Positions 1 through 13,130 of a DNA stretch of 64,000 bases are shown here, in pieces. The DNA is from Paraspadella gotoi (taxonomy: Eukaryota > Animalia > Chaetognatha), in the NCBI GenBank assembly GCA_051294375.1, contig CM119266.1, positions 935,554 to 999,553 of the forward strand. Reading direction: 5' to 3'. A program made the translations under genes and the position numbers. Every line of letters starts with the position of its first letter. Positions within the stretch are counted from its first letter, which is position 1. The notes under the pieces are model-generated. The model was given only the letters and a program-made list of their open reading frames with translations, did no database searches and was not told the origin of the DNA.

Positions 1-1171
1 AGGAGCGTTGTGGGGGTGGGGGAGGAAATTTGGGGTTCGAGTGACGAGTAGACTGATTTGGGGATGTGGTTTGCGGTGTGTGACACTGTGTGTGTGGGAA
101 GGGGCGGTTTAAGTCGTAATGGTTTTGCTATTACTATTTTTTTCTTTGTCAGCTGTCGTATTTTGTTTTTTTTTCCCTCTCCCAAATTTTAGCTAAAATT
201 TTTTTGGGGTTATTTAATATTTTTTTCTTTAGTGCTATCGTTTTGCTTTCTTGTTTTGTTATGTTGTCTTCATAAGGTTTTGCGCTTAGACTTTGTCTTA
301 AAAAAACTGTTTTTTCTTGTCGAGTTGAAAACTTTTGAGCGTCATTCGATGAACATGTTATAAAAACAATATTCCATACTTTAAAGAATAGTAGTTAGGT
401 TAGTAGTTAATATTTGTGTTTTAGTTTGTTGCTTTAATCAGGAAATACAATTTTATTTCATAATATTATTTCCGAATTTTATGTTTGGGAAAAAAGTTTG
501 ACTTGGCTGAAGTTCTACGACCTAACAAAGACGTAGATTTTTAATTTAAAGATATATTTGCATACTTGCATATATATACGAGATATCTTGTACAATGTAC
601 CTCAGTGGACGTACTCCCGCGTTTTAAAACTACTTGCATTCATACATTGATTCGTACACAACATTTTTTTAGACAGAAAACAATAATGTAGTTGTAAAAA
701 CTATGATGATCGTTTGTCCTCGTTCCGCAACTTCCTTCTTCTTTTGTATCTCGATTTTGATATTACAATCAAAGGATAAAAAACTGACTATGATTAATGT
801 TGACGCTCTGGTGGCTCCATACAATGACAGCACTGAAAGTTAGTCAGCTATTTTTGTATGAAATTGGTACAACCAATATAAAAATTATCCATTCATTTAA
901 TAAATAAGCTATCTTGCCCCTTACTAATATCGGGTAACTATTATATGTACGAGAGCAGATTAAAAAAAACTTTTAAAAGGTTTTGAATAGATAATAACCA
1001 TAATAATAACTATTTTATACATCATACATAAAGTAACAATTTTTTTCAAGAATACGCTACATAAAAATAAGAAAAATAAAAATTGGATTAAAAACTCAAG
1101 AAGAAAAATACATTATTTTCTGGCGTCAAGAAAATGATTGGGTTTTCGGTGGAAGGCAATCATTTAATTTT

Positions 1172-4100
1172 CTAACAGCGCTTGATGTTGCAGAACCCAT
1201 AGGTATATGTTGCGTCCCCCTTCAAGATGTAGCACCAAGGGCCGCCATTGGATTTGGAGGGATTTCTGCAATAGTTATCTTTGAGACCCTCGTCGGGTTT
1301 TCTACAATGGAGAACAAGTTTAGAAGATTGAATTCAGAATTGACTTCATGTTTAATTTTGCACAATTTTTCTTTATTTCTATTTATCTCTAACAATTTTG
1401 AAACAGATTAATTTTCAAATTTTCTTCAATTGATTTATTATCAATGTATTTTATTCTGACACGATTACTTATTAGAACTTTCTAGTTTCTTGTTAATTTT
1501 ACCTTTTTCGCTTCAATATTTAATATTTGGAAAGCGGTAACGAGGTTTGAACGAAAATAGTTATTAAGAAAGTGTAGGGATTCCTGATTTAGATGAGAAC
1601 ATTGTTTGAGCAGTGCTTAATCTCAATCTTAATCTTAATCTCAATCTTAATCTAAATCTTAATCTCAATCTTAATCTCAATCTTAATCTCAATCCAAATA
1701 CCAAAAGATAAATGTAGATAAGTAACTTTATTAAAAATTCAATATCAAAAGAAAAAGAAGCATAATAAATTAGTGAAACAGGTTTTTTGTTTTTTCCATA
1801 TAATCTCATTTCCACTCTGACGATTCCATCGAAACTTGATTTCCAGCTTAATCACACACTTTCCTACCCACATTCAAAATTTCAAGTCAATCGCCCAGTA
1901 CAACTATGAGTAATTGGCGTTCAAATAGTGAAATAGATTTTTTTGTTTTTTCCATTTAAACTAATTTCCACTCGCACGATTCCATCGAAACTTTACATCC
2001 AACTCAATCACACAATTCCCTACCCACACAGATAATTTCATTCAAATCTATCCATCCAATCACGAGTAATTGGAGTTTTTTGCTAAGGTGGGACGGACGG
2101 GCAGACAGAGAGACGGACAGTCGGACATCGTTTTTTTTTTGGCATAATTTATCATAATTCGACATTCTCACATGATATATGCGATTGCCCGACAAGATTG
2201 AGGGGGCGGATCGACAAAGTGATCCGACTAAAAAGTGATCGTGGAAAGATTCAGGATCAACTTGGGGTTTTAGAAAATCTCGTCTTTTTAATCATAAATG
2301 TTATCTCATAAATGATAACCATTTAAACACTTAAAAACTCCATGTTGATGATGCGTTTAATTTACTTCCTGTTAAACTTACTGTTAAACTTACTTCTTCG
2401 GATTATAAATTGGAGACGGAGATTTCCACCAAGAAAGACAATCTACTCCGGCTTTTGTTTTTTTGATCCTTCCGCGGTAATCGACGCCGATTCCTCGGTA
2501 GCATTCCGAGCCTTTGGATTTTAAACATAGTTGAATCGTTTTTGAGTATTTTAAATGATATTCAAAGATTTTTTTTCCTTTTTATCCAAATAATAAAAAA
2601 AATTATAGACAATATTACATAATACATATCAGGAAATATGTCATTTTGTATATAACTGGAAAGCGAGCTTAATTTTCCAAGATACAAAATTTTTCAAAAG
2701 ATTTAATTACTAAAATTTAGTTTTTTTTTGTCAGTGCGAAAGGAGTTAAATTATTACTGCAATATGTCATTGACCCAATGGCACGTATCTTTCATTTGAT
2801 AGAACTTTTTAAAATATTATATTAAAAATACAAGAAATACAAGTGTAATAATATTCAATTATAAATCATCCTTACAATTGACTGGGAAAATCTCCACTTC
2901 ACAAATGTTAAGGGATTCTTTGCCGAATTTCTGAATCCTGACTCGATCTCCCGCGATGCCTTTCGGTCCGCAATCCACTTCGATCTTTGGCGAGAAATTC
3001 TCGAACATCTTCTCGGTCAGTCGGTCAGCTTTGCAGTTGGCCACTTTGAACTGACCCTTCCAAATCTCCACGCGAAACGGAAAGAGTCTCCGCCAAAATT
3101 TGATGATCTCCATGCGATTCCATATTCTCACGTGACCAACTAGTCAAAGAAGGTAACTTATAACGGCAAACGGTAAATAGCAATAAATATAAGTCTTCGT
3201 ATACTATTATATCTTAACTAAGTAAAAGCTATTCAAAATATTAATATTTTTTTAGTATTTAAAATTTAACTTTATTTAACAAATCCAAATCTGCAAAACA
3301 AATAAAATATCATATTAAAATATAGAAATTTTATAGGGTCAGAAGTACCAGGAAAACTAACAAGGGTCAGTAGTACTATAAGTTAATATTTCCCGAGGCA
3401 CAATTTTGTTTCAAGATGAATTTTGAATTTTTACTATGCTTTACTGGTTAATTATAAAAACTTACTGGTTTCGACTTTTTCCAACAAAATGTCTACCCAA
3501 GAATCAGACACAGGGTTTGTACCAAAGCATGTCTCAGAATTCCACCTATGACTGGAGACGACATAGTTGTTTAATGACAAGCTTTTATTATAATCATTTA
3601 TGTTAAAATGATAGAAAGTCTTTTTTGAGTATGGAAATAAATATTATAAAATTATTAAAATTTTAAACAGCCAACTTATAAAAGATTTTTATAATAAGTT
3701 TTACTGGATGTTGTGGATATGATTTTTGAAATATTTGGTTTAAAATTAGAATCAAAGACGTAGTACATATTTCAGATGTATTATTATTCAAAAATAAAAT
3801 AAAAAGTTTTAAAAACACTTACGTTTTAAAATAGCCATTATCTATCAAATTCTGAGGATTGTTTAGATTCCAGCGAGATGAAGCATCAGTCGATTTGGCA
3901 CGAAATTTTGTACCTTAAACAGATTGGATTAAATTTTGAAGCTTATAAAACAATTTTCTCTATTTCGTGCTCTCTTTTTTTTTGTTAAGTGTAGAAAATC
4001 TTTTGTATATCTTATATTAAGTATTAAAATTATTGACGTGTAGCTTATACTACTAAACATTCTTTTTTATTTAAAATATAGCGTGCCTTGCCCTGGTTCG

Positions 4101-7100
4101 CCACGCGAATTTGGTCTCTCTCTTTCTCTGCTTGTCACCTTAAATCATCCTTGTAAATTAAGCGTTGACAATCGACTGAATTTAAAAAGCTGGTTCAAGA
4201 ATAAACGAAAAAAGCTAAGAAACTAATATAAACTGATATATCTTTTAAAAGTGCAGATCGGCAGATTCAAAAACACTGAAGTCTTTCGAGTTAATTAGTT
4301 CAATTTGCCAAACAAATCAAACAAACTCCAAAAAAAAAACAAAAAAAAAAAAACAAAGACGAATCAACGAATCAAATTATATAATCCCATTTACAGGAAA
4401 CGAGACGTCATATCAAAAAAAAAAAAGATGAGAGAAGTGACCCATTGAGAAACGTGAATCAAAATCTCTAGTGATGCCTATTTATTTACACATTACGGTT
4501 GTACAGCTGTCTCCCTCTCTCTCTCATCTCTCTCTCTTTCTATCTATAATCTCTATCTCTCTCTCATTAGCTAATTTCTCTAAAGTTTAATCGATAGACT
4601 TTGGGTAAAGCTTAATCTTTCTCGCTTGTTTACGACAATACAGCTCACCTTTTTCACGTGCTTCGTACTTACATTTTTCTTCTCGTTGAAAAACTTCGAT
4701 TTCACAAATTGTCATGGGCGAACTGTTCAACTTGGTCAGCCTCACCGCGTCCGCCTTCGACCCGACGTTGCAACAGTCAACGTGGATTTTCTTCGACAAC
4801 TCCTTGAACTTGGCCTCGAAGCAGGACCCCACCACTTTGCCGTCGGCCAGGAGTTGGAGGCGAAAGGGGAAGAGATTATTCCACTTTTTGAGGTCGTCGG
4901 CCCGATTGTAAATGTCAATGTAATCGACTCGGGAGTGAGAGCGAGGTCGTGGTTGGGGGGGGGGATTAAGAATGTATAGAAATTATTTCCTCGTAACAAG
5001 GAAAGTACTTTATATGATCAAAAGATGTATCATATGAATGTAAGATTGAAAAATGTAAGAAATTATTGAAGGAGACCCAACAAGAATTAAAAGTAAAACA
5101 TAACTCTATTTCCAGAACACAACACTAACTTCACCTTCCCAAATTGAGTTTTTAGATATAATGATAATAAAAATTTTTTTAAAGAAAGAGCAATATATAT
5201 TTGTTTAAATAATATTGATTAAATACTAAATCCTTTATAAAATATAAAAATGGAAAATAGTGAAACAAGTAATTTCGGTATCAGCACTTAGTCTAGTTTG
5301 TTAACAAATAAAAAAGATTTTCATAATATGTCACTATGTATGATATAAAAAACATAATAAAAACTCATAGAATTTCAGCCGATTTCAATCAACCAGATTT
5401 AGTTCCTAAAGATACATCTTATCACTCATCAGTTATTAATTAAATCTCATCCACATTTGTCCGCCCTTTTAAAGAAATCTAAAAATGTTTTTCATTCAAA
5501 AAATACTAAAAAAGAATTCGATATTCTTCAGAAATTACAATATGATTTTTTTCTTTGATCGATTTTCCGATTTTAATTTGCTGAGCGCACTTTTAAAAAG
5601 ATTAAATTAAAGATTTTATATTGTGATTAAACTTTCTTTCGTTGTGTTTGGGTTATTTGAGATTAAAGACGAAATCTTTTACATCAACGATTTTTATTTT
5701 TAAAGGTGCATACAAGTTTCGGCTTTCATTCAAGCCTTCATCAGTGATTTGACAATTCACAATTTGATCTTTTTTAAATTGACTTTGGGAGAGAGAGAGA
5801 GAAAGATTTCGTCTTTAATCTCAGATTTTATATTTAACAAACACACCTATTATTTATAATATAAATATAAAAAAATATTAAGTTAGGTCAATTTCTTTTT
5901 AATATCAAAATTATAAATCAAAAATCGTTCAACTACCATAAATAATTTCTTTAAGAACCAAATTTATTGGTTAAGGAATTTTTTCTCTATATTTTTTCAA
6001 ATCAATTTTAAACATTTGAAACTTTTCCAACAACCTTAGACGGCTTCTACGATAATCAGCATACGAGAAAAAGTTGTTTTTGCCAAAAAAGAGAGGTTTT
6101 TCCGGAAATTTAGTCCATTTGGATCACTGTGCGCCGCCCGTGCCGAATATTTTAACACGAGATCCAACGATTAAGAAAAACGCAGAATAAAGTTTTATAA
6201 GTTTATTTCTTTGTAAAAAGGTTCATTGGAAACTCGTAAAAACGGAGTTTCGTCACAGGAGTTTATGAGTCTTCAAGAGAAACTAAAAAATGATCACAAA
6301 TCTCTCTTCGTACCTGTAAACCGTTAAAAAAATTATATTTATTTGTGAACTTACTTGACAATTTTTTTCCTAGATCTACTTCAACAAACGGATCTTTAAC
6401 ACTCTTTGAAGTAAAACACCTTCCCGAGTCCCATTTTGAGCTGCAAATTGAAAAAGCAGATTTAAAGTTGTACAGTAAATAGTACTAATTAAAGGATTAA
6501 ATTGATTGATTCTTTCGATTATATATATTGATTGATTGATTGAAAGCTTGCAGGGACCTGCTATGTAATTATCTTGTAAGAGTGATGGAGGCCTTAAACC
6601 ACAAAGCCTGTCCAAAGTCAGGGGCAAGATAGCTTATTTATTAAATGAATGGATAATTTTTATATTGGTTGTACCAATTTTATAAAATTCAGCTCCTGTT
6701 TTTGATGCTAGTGCGGAGTACAATAGATATTCCCGATCTAATACTTTAGGGAGTGGTCTTTTCATACAATTGAAACATTCTTTGAAATATTTTCTACTTC
6801 ATTGATAGGGAAGCCAGGAAGGCGTGAATCGGGACTGTGGAGAGAGTCTTATTGAAAGCTGCAGGGCCTGCTATGTAATTATCTTGTAAGAGTGATGGAG
6901 GCCTTAACACACCAAAGCCTGTCCAAATTCAGGGGCAAGATAGCTTATTATTAAATGAATGGATAATTTTTATATTGGCTTGTACCAATTTCATATATTC
7001 TTTCGATTTATATGAAGATGCTCCATTGAGATATAACCAGTACCTAACCCTAACCCTAATCCTTATCCCTAACTGCTTATCGAATCTTTAAACTTAAAAA

Positions 7101-10100
7101 TTAACATAAAATAATTATGATCTTAGAGGAAATAGGCGTTTTGGGAAAAAATTTAAAAATATACTCACAAAATTCCATCCACCACATTTCCGGGAGTGGA
7201 TCCTTTTTCTGCGGATGTCGCTTGGACTGGTTGAAATCGAGCCGAAGTAAAAGCTGAAATTGATAAACAGAAAGCTATCTAAAACATTTTCCAGGGTTTC
7301 TTGAAATTTAGATTATTAAACTTTATTATTTTTTTTATATTCTGGATATATTTGATGAAAATAACTTTTTAATCTTTAAAGATTTAAACTAAAAAATGAT
7401 AAAAATCAGTAGTGAGGGTAGTGAGGATTACAAAAGTATTTATATTCCGAATATACAATCTTATTTATAATTATAAGAATAAATATTCTAATTATAATAA
7501 TCTCTTAAATTTTTTCTGTCGATTTAAATTTAGTCTTATCAATCATAGAGATGAAAAAATGTTGAGAACATAAAATCGCTATTTATATTATTATTATATT
7601 TATATTTGCATTTTTCATTTTAGTTAAGTATTGTATTTTTAACTTTGACTAACTTAATTTCTCAAATCAATAATGCTTTTAAATATTATGTTTTTAATTT
7701 TGCATTTATATTTATATTTATATTTCAAGGTTTTGACAAACTTAATTCTGCGCCTTCTCCTCTTTCTTCTCCTCGTGCTTCCTTCTCACCTCGTTTAAAA
7801 TTAATCCGCATGATTTGGACGATTATAATTTTCTAATATAATCTTACCTTCTTTAGCGTAATAAACCCGGACAGGCGAACAGATAGATAGAAAAGTGATT
7901 TAGAAAGAAGTGAATAATAACAAAATAAAATATTAAATCGACGGACCTGTTTCGCATAAACCACCAGTGAAATCCGCCTTGCACACACAATCGAATCCCC
8001 AGAAGCTGTTTTTTATACAATCGCCGCCGTTGTAACACGGATTTTTTGCACATATTGATGCGACTATTGAAAATACAAAAAAACATGATTTATTGATTAT
8101 AATTACATTGAATTCAAGTCAAGGGATGATCGGAAAGGTTTTTTTTATCAACTTGTTATCTATCGGCATAAAGAATCTTTTTCCTTATTATATTATATTT
8201 TTTAAACGACTCTCTAAGTTGATCTTGTTCACAGAAATTATATATTAAATTTCTCTTCTTTCATGACTTAGCAACCACGTTATCTTCGTTTTTGACTCCT
8301 TGTAATAACATAAAATATATGCTAACTTAAAAACCAAGCATTTACTTTATAAATAAAAAAAATTAAACAAAAGAAACATCAATTTCGATTCTTTGGGATG
8401 AGTGAATAATCATTATTTTTGGAAGATAAAACCAACTTACCCTCACAAAATTTTCCCGAATAGTGATTAGGACATTCACACAAAAAGCCAAAACTTGAGC
8501 TTACTACACATTTTCCTCCATTTTTACAGGGATTTATTTTACAAACATGTTCACCTGTAGAAAAATGAATTAATGAGAAAATTGTGTTATATAAAATTAA
8601 ACCATTACATAGTAATTTCTTTAACACTACCAAAATTTTGTATTTTTTTACTAAAATTATAATTTTTTTTTTGATTTAGGTAAGAACAAATTAATCATAT
8701 TTTTTAATTCTTGTGATAGAAACTCAATCACATTTATATTGTGGATAAGGCGCTAAATGGGCTGAAGATGACTATCCGTAACTTCTATAACCGCCTTTCG
8801 TAGCTATGGAACTGGTCCTGGGCTTGGAACCAGGCTTGAGGGAATGCCACACCCACAAGGCAGCTTACGGCCGTCCTCACAAAGGTGAAGTGAAAGTTTG
8901 GAATTGAAATTTAGCAATTATATCTTGAAAACTATCATATTAGTGAATACTAATCTAAAGTTTTTTTTCTTTTTTTACAAATGTAGTAGCCCAGTCAGCT
9001 TATTTTGTATATAGTACTACCCTTATATAATGTCAAAATTTCAAAATGGTTTTTTTTTTATTCTGAGAACAGATTCAAATTCCTCGTTAAAAGTTGATAA
9101 AAAAAATATAAATCTTTTTCAACAATTATGTCCTTAAGAAGGTTAAAATTACAAAAAACTATATTTTTAAGCTGGAAATTGAAAATCTGTGTCTTAAATA
9201 TAGTTTTTTACATTTTTGACTCACTTAATAAAATAATTTTTAAAAAAGAATTATACTTTCTTTTATCAACTTTTTGCAAGGAATCCAAATCCGATCTTAA
9301 AATTTGAAAATTTGCATTTGTAAATTTTTTCCTATTATATACTTATTACTATATATAAATATAGCTCACTGGTGCCCACTAATGTATAAAATTAAAAAAT
9401 AAATTTACCAAAGTATTTTTAATGGTTTTTATGTTCATGTTTTATATGCTAAATTTTAATTTTTTAAAATTTTATCATTTTTACATCACTCTAGTACCTC
9501 ACGCTTCCCGCGGGCTAGGTACCGGATTGGGATTGAACCCGGTTTCTAGTGGTCATGAGCTGATGGCTTTACTCAATGAGCCACCGGGGCAGTACTGAAG
9601 GTATCATGTTTATAGGCGGGGTGAACCTAGGCAATGCCCGACTACAATATCGAATCTTACTACTACGATATTTAATATTATAAGTTACCTTGGCAAGTTC
9701 CATTTACGGCGTTAGTACCCTTAGGACAGGGATTACATTGAATTTTCGAATCAATTTCAACAACACCTCCAATTTTACATTGACATTTATTTTCTTTTTC
9801 TACAAATTTTGAAGGACATTTTTCAGTACAAATAAAACTTATATGATTAAGTATTACTTTTTTGTTAACACATTTAATACAAGACTTTGGGTCATTTGCT
9901 TTGTTGCAACCAATACACTGCTTATGACATTGTAATTTACAAACGCCATTAACTAGAGCTAAATCCTTACCACATGCAAGCCTAGGCTTTTCTTTAACTA
10001 CTCTAACATCATTAATACTAATTTTTTTCTCTCCACTACCAAATGTGTAGTACATCATATCATATTTAATGAAATCAGAATAAGTATGAGATGTCAACAC

Positions 10101-13100
10101 TATTCCTACTTCAGATTCTTCTGGAGCTTTCCCATAATCGATTCTCAAACCATCTGCTGATGCAGAAATGCATATAAAGAAACCTGTAAATAGTGTTTCT
10201 TTGCCCGTTGTTACTGCCTGGTCCGAATGCTGACTCCTTGCTATTTTCATTCCTTGGTAGTATACAACACCTGACGGGGTCATTTGAAGGTAAAACCACT
10301 TTTTATAATCTTCTGGCACGCCAGAGAATACGAAATATATATTTCCACTTGAAGCAGCATGAAAGTAAATGCAAGATCCTTTTTCAGTAACTCTCACTTT
10401 ATGAGTGTTCGACCATTTTATTGAACAAGGAACAAAACCCACTGCTCCAACACTGCGTTTCAATAAACTTATAGGATCTATTTCCCTTACAGAAGCGAGC
10501 GGGTATTTTAACCATGACAATTTATAGTCCGACTTATCGATATCCAAATAAAGTAACCCTGATGTTTCATCATATATCATTGGCAATTGGGCAACACAAA
10601 TTCTAAATTTTTCTATTGAACTTGGGCAGCTGTTTTCAATACTGAACTTTCCTAGTGGTCGTTTGGTGAACCACAAGTTACGGGAGAATTTGACAAGAAA
10701 TTCTGCATTTTTCAATATTCCTGGTAAATTATAACGCATGTAGAAAACGACTTTATAAACATTAGACATGAGTTCTTTCCATGAAGGCCAATATTTAAGT
10801 CTGTGATGAATTCTTCATATTCTATAGTTTCAGATTCACAACCTGCTTCTCCGCCGGGAATATCAAAGTTTGTAGTCGAAAATGGACCTTCCGCCATGTA
10901 AATGTTCTCTGCTCTTTCTAACGCAAGTCTTTGTTTCATTAAAGCTTCCATAAAAATTTCCTTAGAATGACCAAATTTACAAATATTTTTTCGTTTCACG
11001 ACAAATGTTTTGTTTGTTATCACTTTCAACCTTATCATATTCAAAGTAAGATAGCCCACTGTTTCTATCCATTTTTAAGTTTTTTTTTTGGAAGCACGCA
11101 GTTTGAGGACTTTCCGAGGGAAATAATGAGTCGGTATTCATGTTGAGAATACTGCTGATTTTTCCGAGCGTGAACTCAAAAGGTCTTTGAAACTCATCTA
11201 TGCTGTCCAACCATTTTATAAACAACTCACGAAATCTTGGGGTGTAAAAATCTGTAATTGCTGCTGCGATTTCAGGATCACCTCCTTTAGCCTCAATTTT
11301 AGTCTTTATAAACTAGATTGTCTGCCTCTTTGTACCCTTGATTCTTTTTCTTTTTATTTAAAGCAACTTCTTGCTTTTGAGTAGCTTGTGCCTGCTGTCT
11401 TGCTTTACTATATTTGCCTCCAAGGCCCAAAAACCCTACAGAAAACTCTTTTTGTTGGTAGCTGCTTCTCAAACCCCCATCATTGAGGCAAACTCAGATT
11501 GTGCCTGACTTGCAAACTGATCTGTATTAAGTTTTGACCTACTTTTAGACGTTTTTAATATTCTCAGTTCACCTCCAAATTTTGCTGATTTAACATAATG
11601 TGTTCCCCATCGAAGAATAAAATTTTGAAATTTAATATCTCCATTCACACTCCAGTATGAATGCGGTAGTCTGAGAAAGTCGTTCAAAAAACTAGCCGAC
11701 AAATCCGTAGGTTTTATTTCATCAAGTACGATTTCAAACAATTTCAAATCAGCTTCCAAAACTGCGATCATATGGGTGGCTGATCCACCGATTTGATTCG
11801 GCATTCAAAGAAGCAACATTAGCTTTTCTTCTTCCTTTGCTTCTTCCCCTGCTTCTTCCATATCCCTCACCATATCCACCACCGATTGACTGACCAATAG
11901 CAGCTCCCAATTTCGCTCCTGCATCGGCACCTGCTTGAGCTCCTTGGGTACCTCCAGCCTGTGAGCCGGCTGCCGCTCCACCAGCCATTCCTACCAGACC
12001 ACCAATCATTCCAAGGTTTCCTCCAATACTTTTTCCTTGTCCAAAAGATTCTGCTTCCATTTGAAACATCGTTTGCTGTTCAGATGTTGCTGCTTTTTCT
12101 TGCAAATAATGAACATATTTTTCAGCATTTTGAAAGGTTTCTGTATGAATTGTATAGTCGTATATTCCAAATGCGTTCATGCAATCTGGTACATCTTTGT
12201 TCATAAAAGTAGCTTTTCCCGCGCAAGTTCTTTGAATGATGCTCTTTCTACGACTTTCTGATGAATAGAAGCCTCGGCCGTCAAAACCAACACCCAGAAA
12301 GTTTGCTGCATCAATTTGATTGAGACATATTGGCGAATTTCGAGCGAAATCATAGCATGGATCTCCGATTTGATAATTATTTCCGAAACAGCCGTTCATC
12401 ATTGCCACTCCTACTCCCATAGGCCAAGTCGAAGCCAGCTCATTTTCTCCCTCTGGTTCATTCTCTACTTTATCTGGAGTTGCTTCAATTTTCCAACCTG
12501 ATGGCTCGTATTCTTCGACTCCATCGAAGCCTTGCAACCTTTCAAAAGTAACATCTTTTGCCTTCAAGTCTTTCAATACTTCCAAACCTTCCTTTGCCTC
12601 ATCTTCTTCTATCAAAGAATCAGGTCTTTTCATTATTTTGTCATGTACACTGTCCAATTCCTTGTTTTTGCTCTGTTTTTCTAATGTGTCAGCTGGAAAA
12701 AGATTATTCCTTTTAGTAGGTATTCGATAGTTATCATCTGTTATAATTTTATCTTTTAAATGCTTTTTAAATGCTTATAACTTAAAACAATATTTTACAA
12801 TCAAGCAAGTAACTTCAACTTCAGGTGTAGTTAACTTATTTTAAATTAAAAGTTTCATCGTAAATACATATTGTTGACAAATATAAATTGTAGGAAAGTA
12901 ATATTAACTGATCATTTGTATTAACAAAAGTAAAAAAAGGTTGCCGATCATTAAACCATAATATATTTTAGTTTGTTTTAAATGGATTATCAATTAAATA
13001 ATTAAATTAAGAATTGTTTTGTTTTATTGACTTTTAATTGACTTTGCTCACCGATGCCACTGAGATCCATTTGCGCGAAAATCATCCCCGGAAAGAGAGC

Positions 13101-13130
13101 GAAAAATAACAAGAATCTTGGAATAGTCAT
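1172..13130 (-). CDS. Secreted MACPF (perforin-like) multidomain protein: signal peptide - MACPF - Cys-rich/furin-like repeats - 2x EGF - 2x F-type lectin (FTP)-like - kringle; large exon 2 carries 5 apparent frameshifts
   Basis: Hand-spliced, phase-compatible exons: 13052-13130 (MTIPRFLLFFALFPGMIFAQ, signal peptide); 9689-12692 (FLGVGFD..., MACPF signature FILRWGTHYVKSAKFGGEL, C-terminal CHKQCIGC...C repeats); 8441-8554 and 7947-8063 (EGF: CKINPCKNGGKC...CEC...GKFCE and CAKNPCYNGGDC...CVC...GGLCE); possible 7848-7886; 7169-7253, 6355-6440, 4673-4927 (FTP1: VDG...CFTS...PFVEVDLG...IDIYNR...MTICEIEVF); 3823-3913, 3466-3551, 2876-3139 (FTP2: IDN...CF...WVDI...VRIWNR...LNICEVEIF); 2394-2511 and 1172-1301 (kringle: CYRGIGVDYRG...CLSW / NYCRNP...PWCY...FCNIKRC-stop). 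Confidence 0.85.
4135..4465 (+). repeat. Interspersed repeat shared with 56870-57270
   Basis: Colinear blocks cgttgacaatcgactgaatttaaaaagc...agtgcagatcggcagattcaaaaacactgaagtctttcgag...gatgagagaagtga in both places. Confidence 0.8.
5658..5823 (-). mobile_element. Penelope-like element terminal remnant with an inverted end copy and a degenerate minimal hammerhead
   Basis: Perfect 22-bp inverted repeat 5658-5679 / 5802-5823. The minus strand at 5716-5744 reads CTGATGA-A-GGCTT-gaatga-AAGCC-GAAAC. Confidence 0.6.
6546..6995 (+). repeat. Two adjacent copies of an abundant ~140-bp interspersed repeat (probable non-LTR element 3' end)
   Basis: gcttgcagggacctgctatg...ggcaagatagcttatttattaaatgaatggataatttttatattggttgtaccaattt. 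Further full or 5'-truncated copies at about 860-920(-), 15215-15355(+), 17600-17670(-), 27515-27605(-), 32245-32300(+), 35160-35260(+) and 62650-62795(-), sharing the same 3' region. Confidence 0.8.
8985..9390. mobile_element. AT-rich palindromic MITE-like repeat
   Basis: Long imperfect inverted arms (aaaagttgataaaaa / ttttatcaacttttt; aaaaaactatattt / aaatatagtttttt). A related copy at about 62450-63015 is interrupted by the 140-bp repeat. Confidence 0.55.
9498..9590 (-). mobile_element. tRNA(Met/CAT)-like pseudogene or very short SINE
   Basis: The minus strand reads GCCCCGG-TGGCTCATTGAG (A box)...CTCATGA...GGTTCAATCCC (B box). The arms pair poorly. Flanked by AGTAC on both sides. Confidence 0.55.

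Noticed and set aside
2859-2875. Stop codon of ORF 2859-3131 as the end of the MACPF gene
   Set aside because: A GTAAG donor at 2875 joins in phase to two kringle exons. A short isoform ending here cannot be excluded.
6100-6140. CACAGTG heptamer (minus strand) as a Transib/RSS-like end
   Set aside because: No matching opposite end or TSD was found nearby.
7043-7075. Telomere, (CCCTAA)n; similar degenerate tract at ~16385-16495
   Set aside because: Only a few degenerate intronic units, not a chromosome end.
8740-8882. GC-rich TG...CA segment as a solo LTR or HDV-like ribozyme
   Set aside because: No TSD, no second copy, and the nested double pseudoknot could not be built.
10780-11800. Programmed ribosomal frameshifting or RNA editing of the MACPF exon
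   Set aside because: The shifts go in both directions, share no slippery motif, and similar indels occur in unrelated loci. Sequence error or decay is simpler.
11821-11870. AGA/AGG-rich GRSRGRSKGRRK would read as a Ser/Gly linker if AGR coded Ser (alternative genetic code)
   Set aside because: AGA encodes conserved Arg elsewhere in the window, e.g. kringle NYCRNP and transposase GRPK and MPRR, so the standard code fits.
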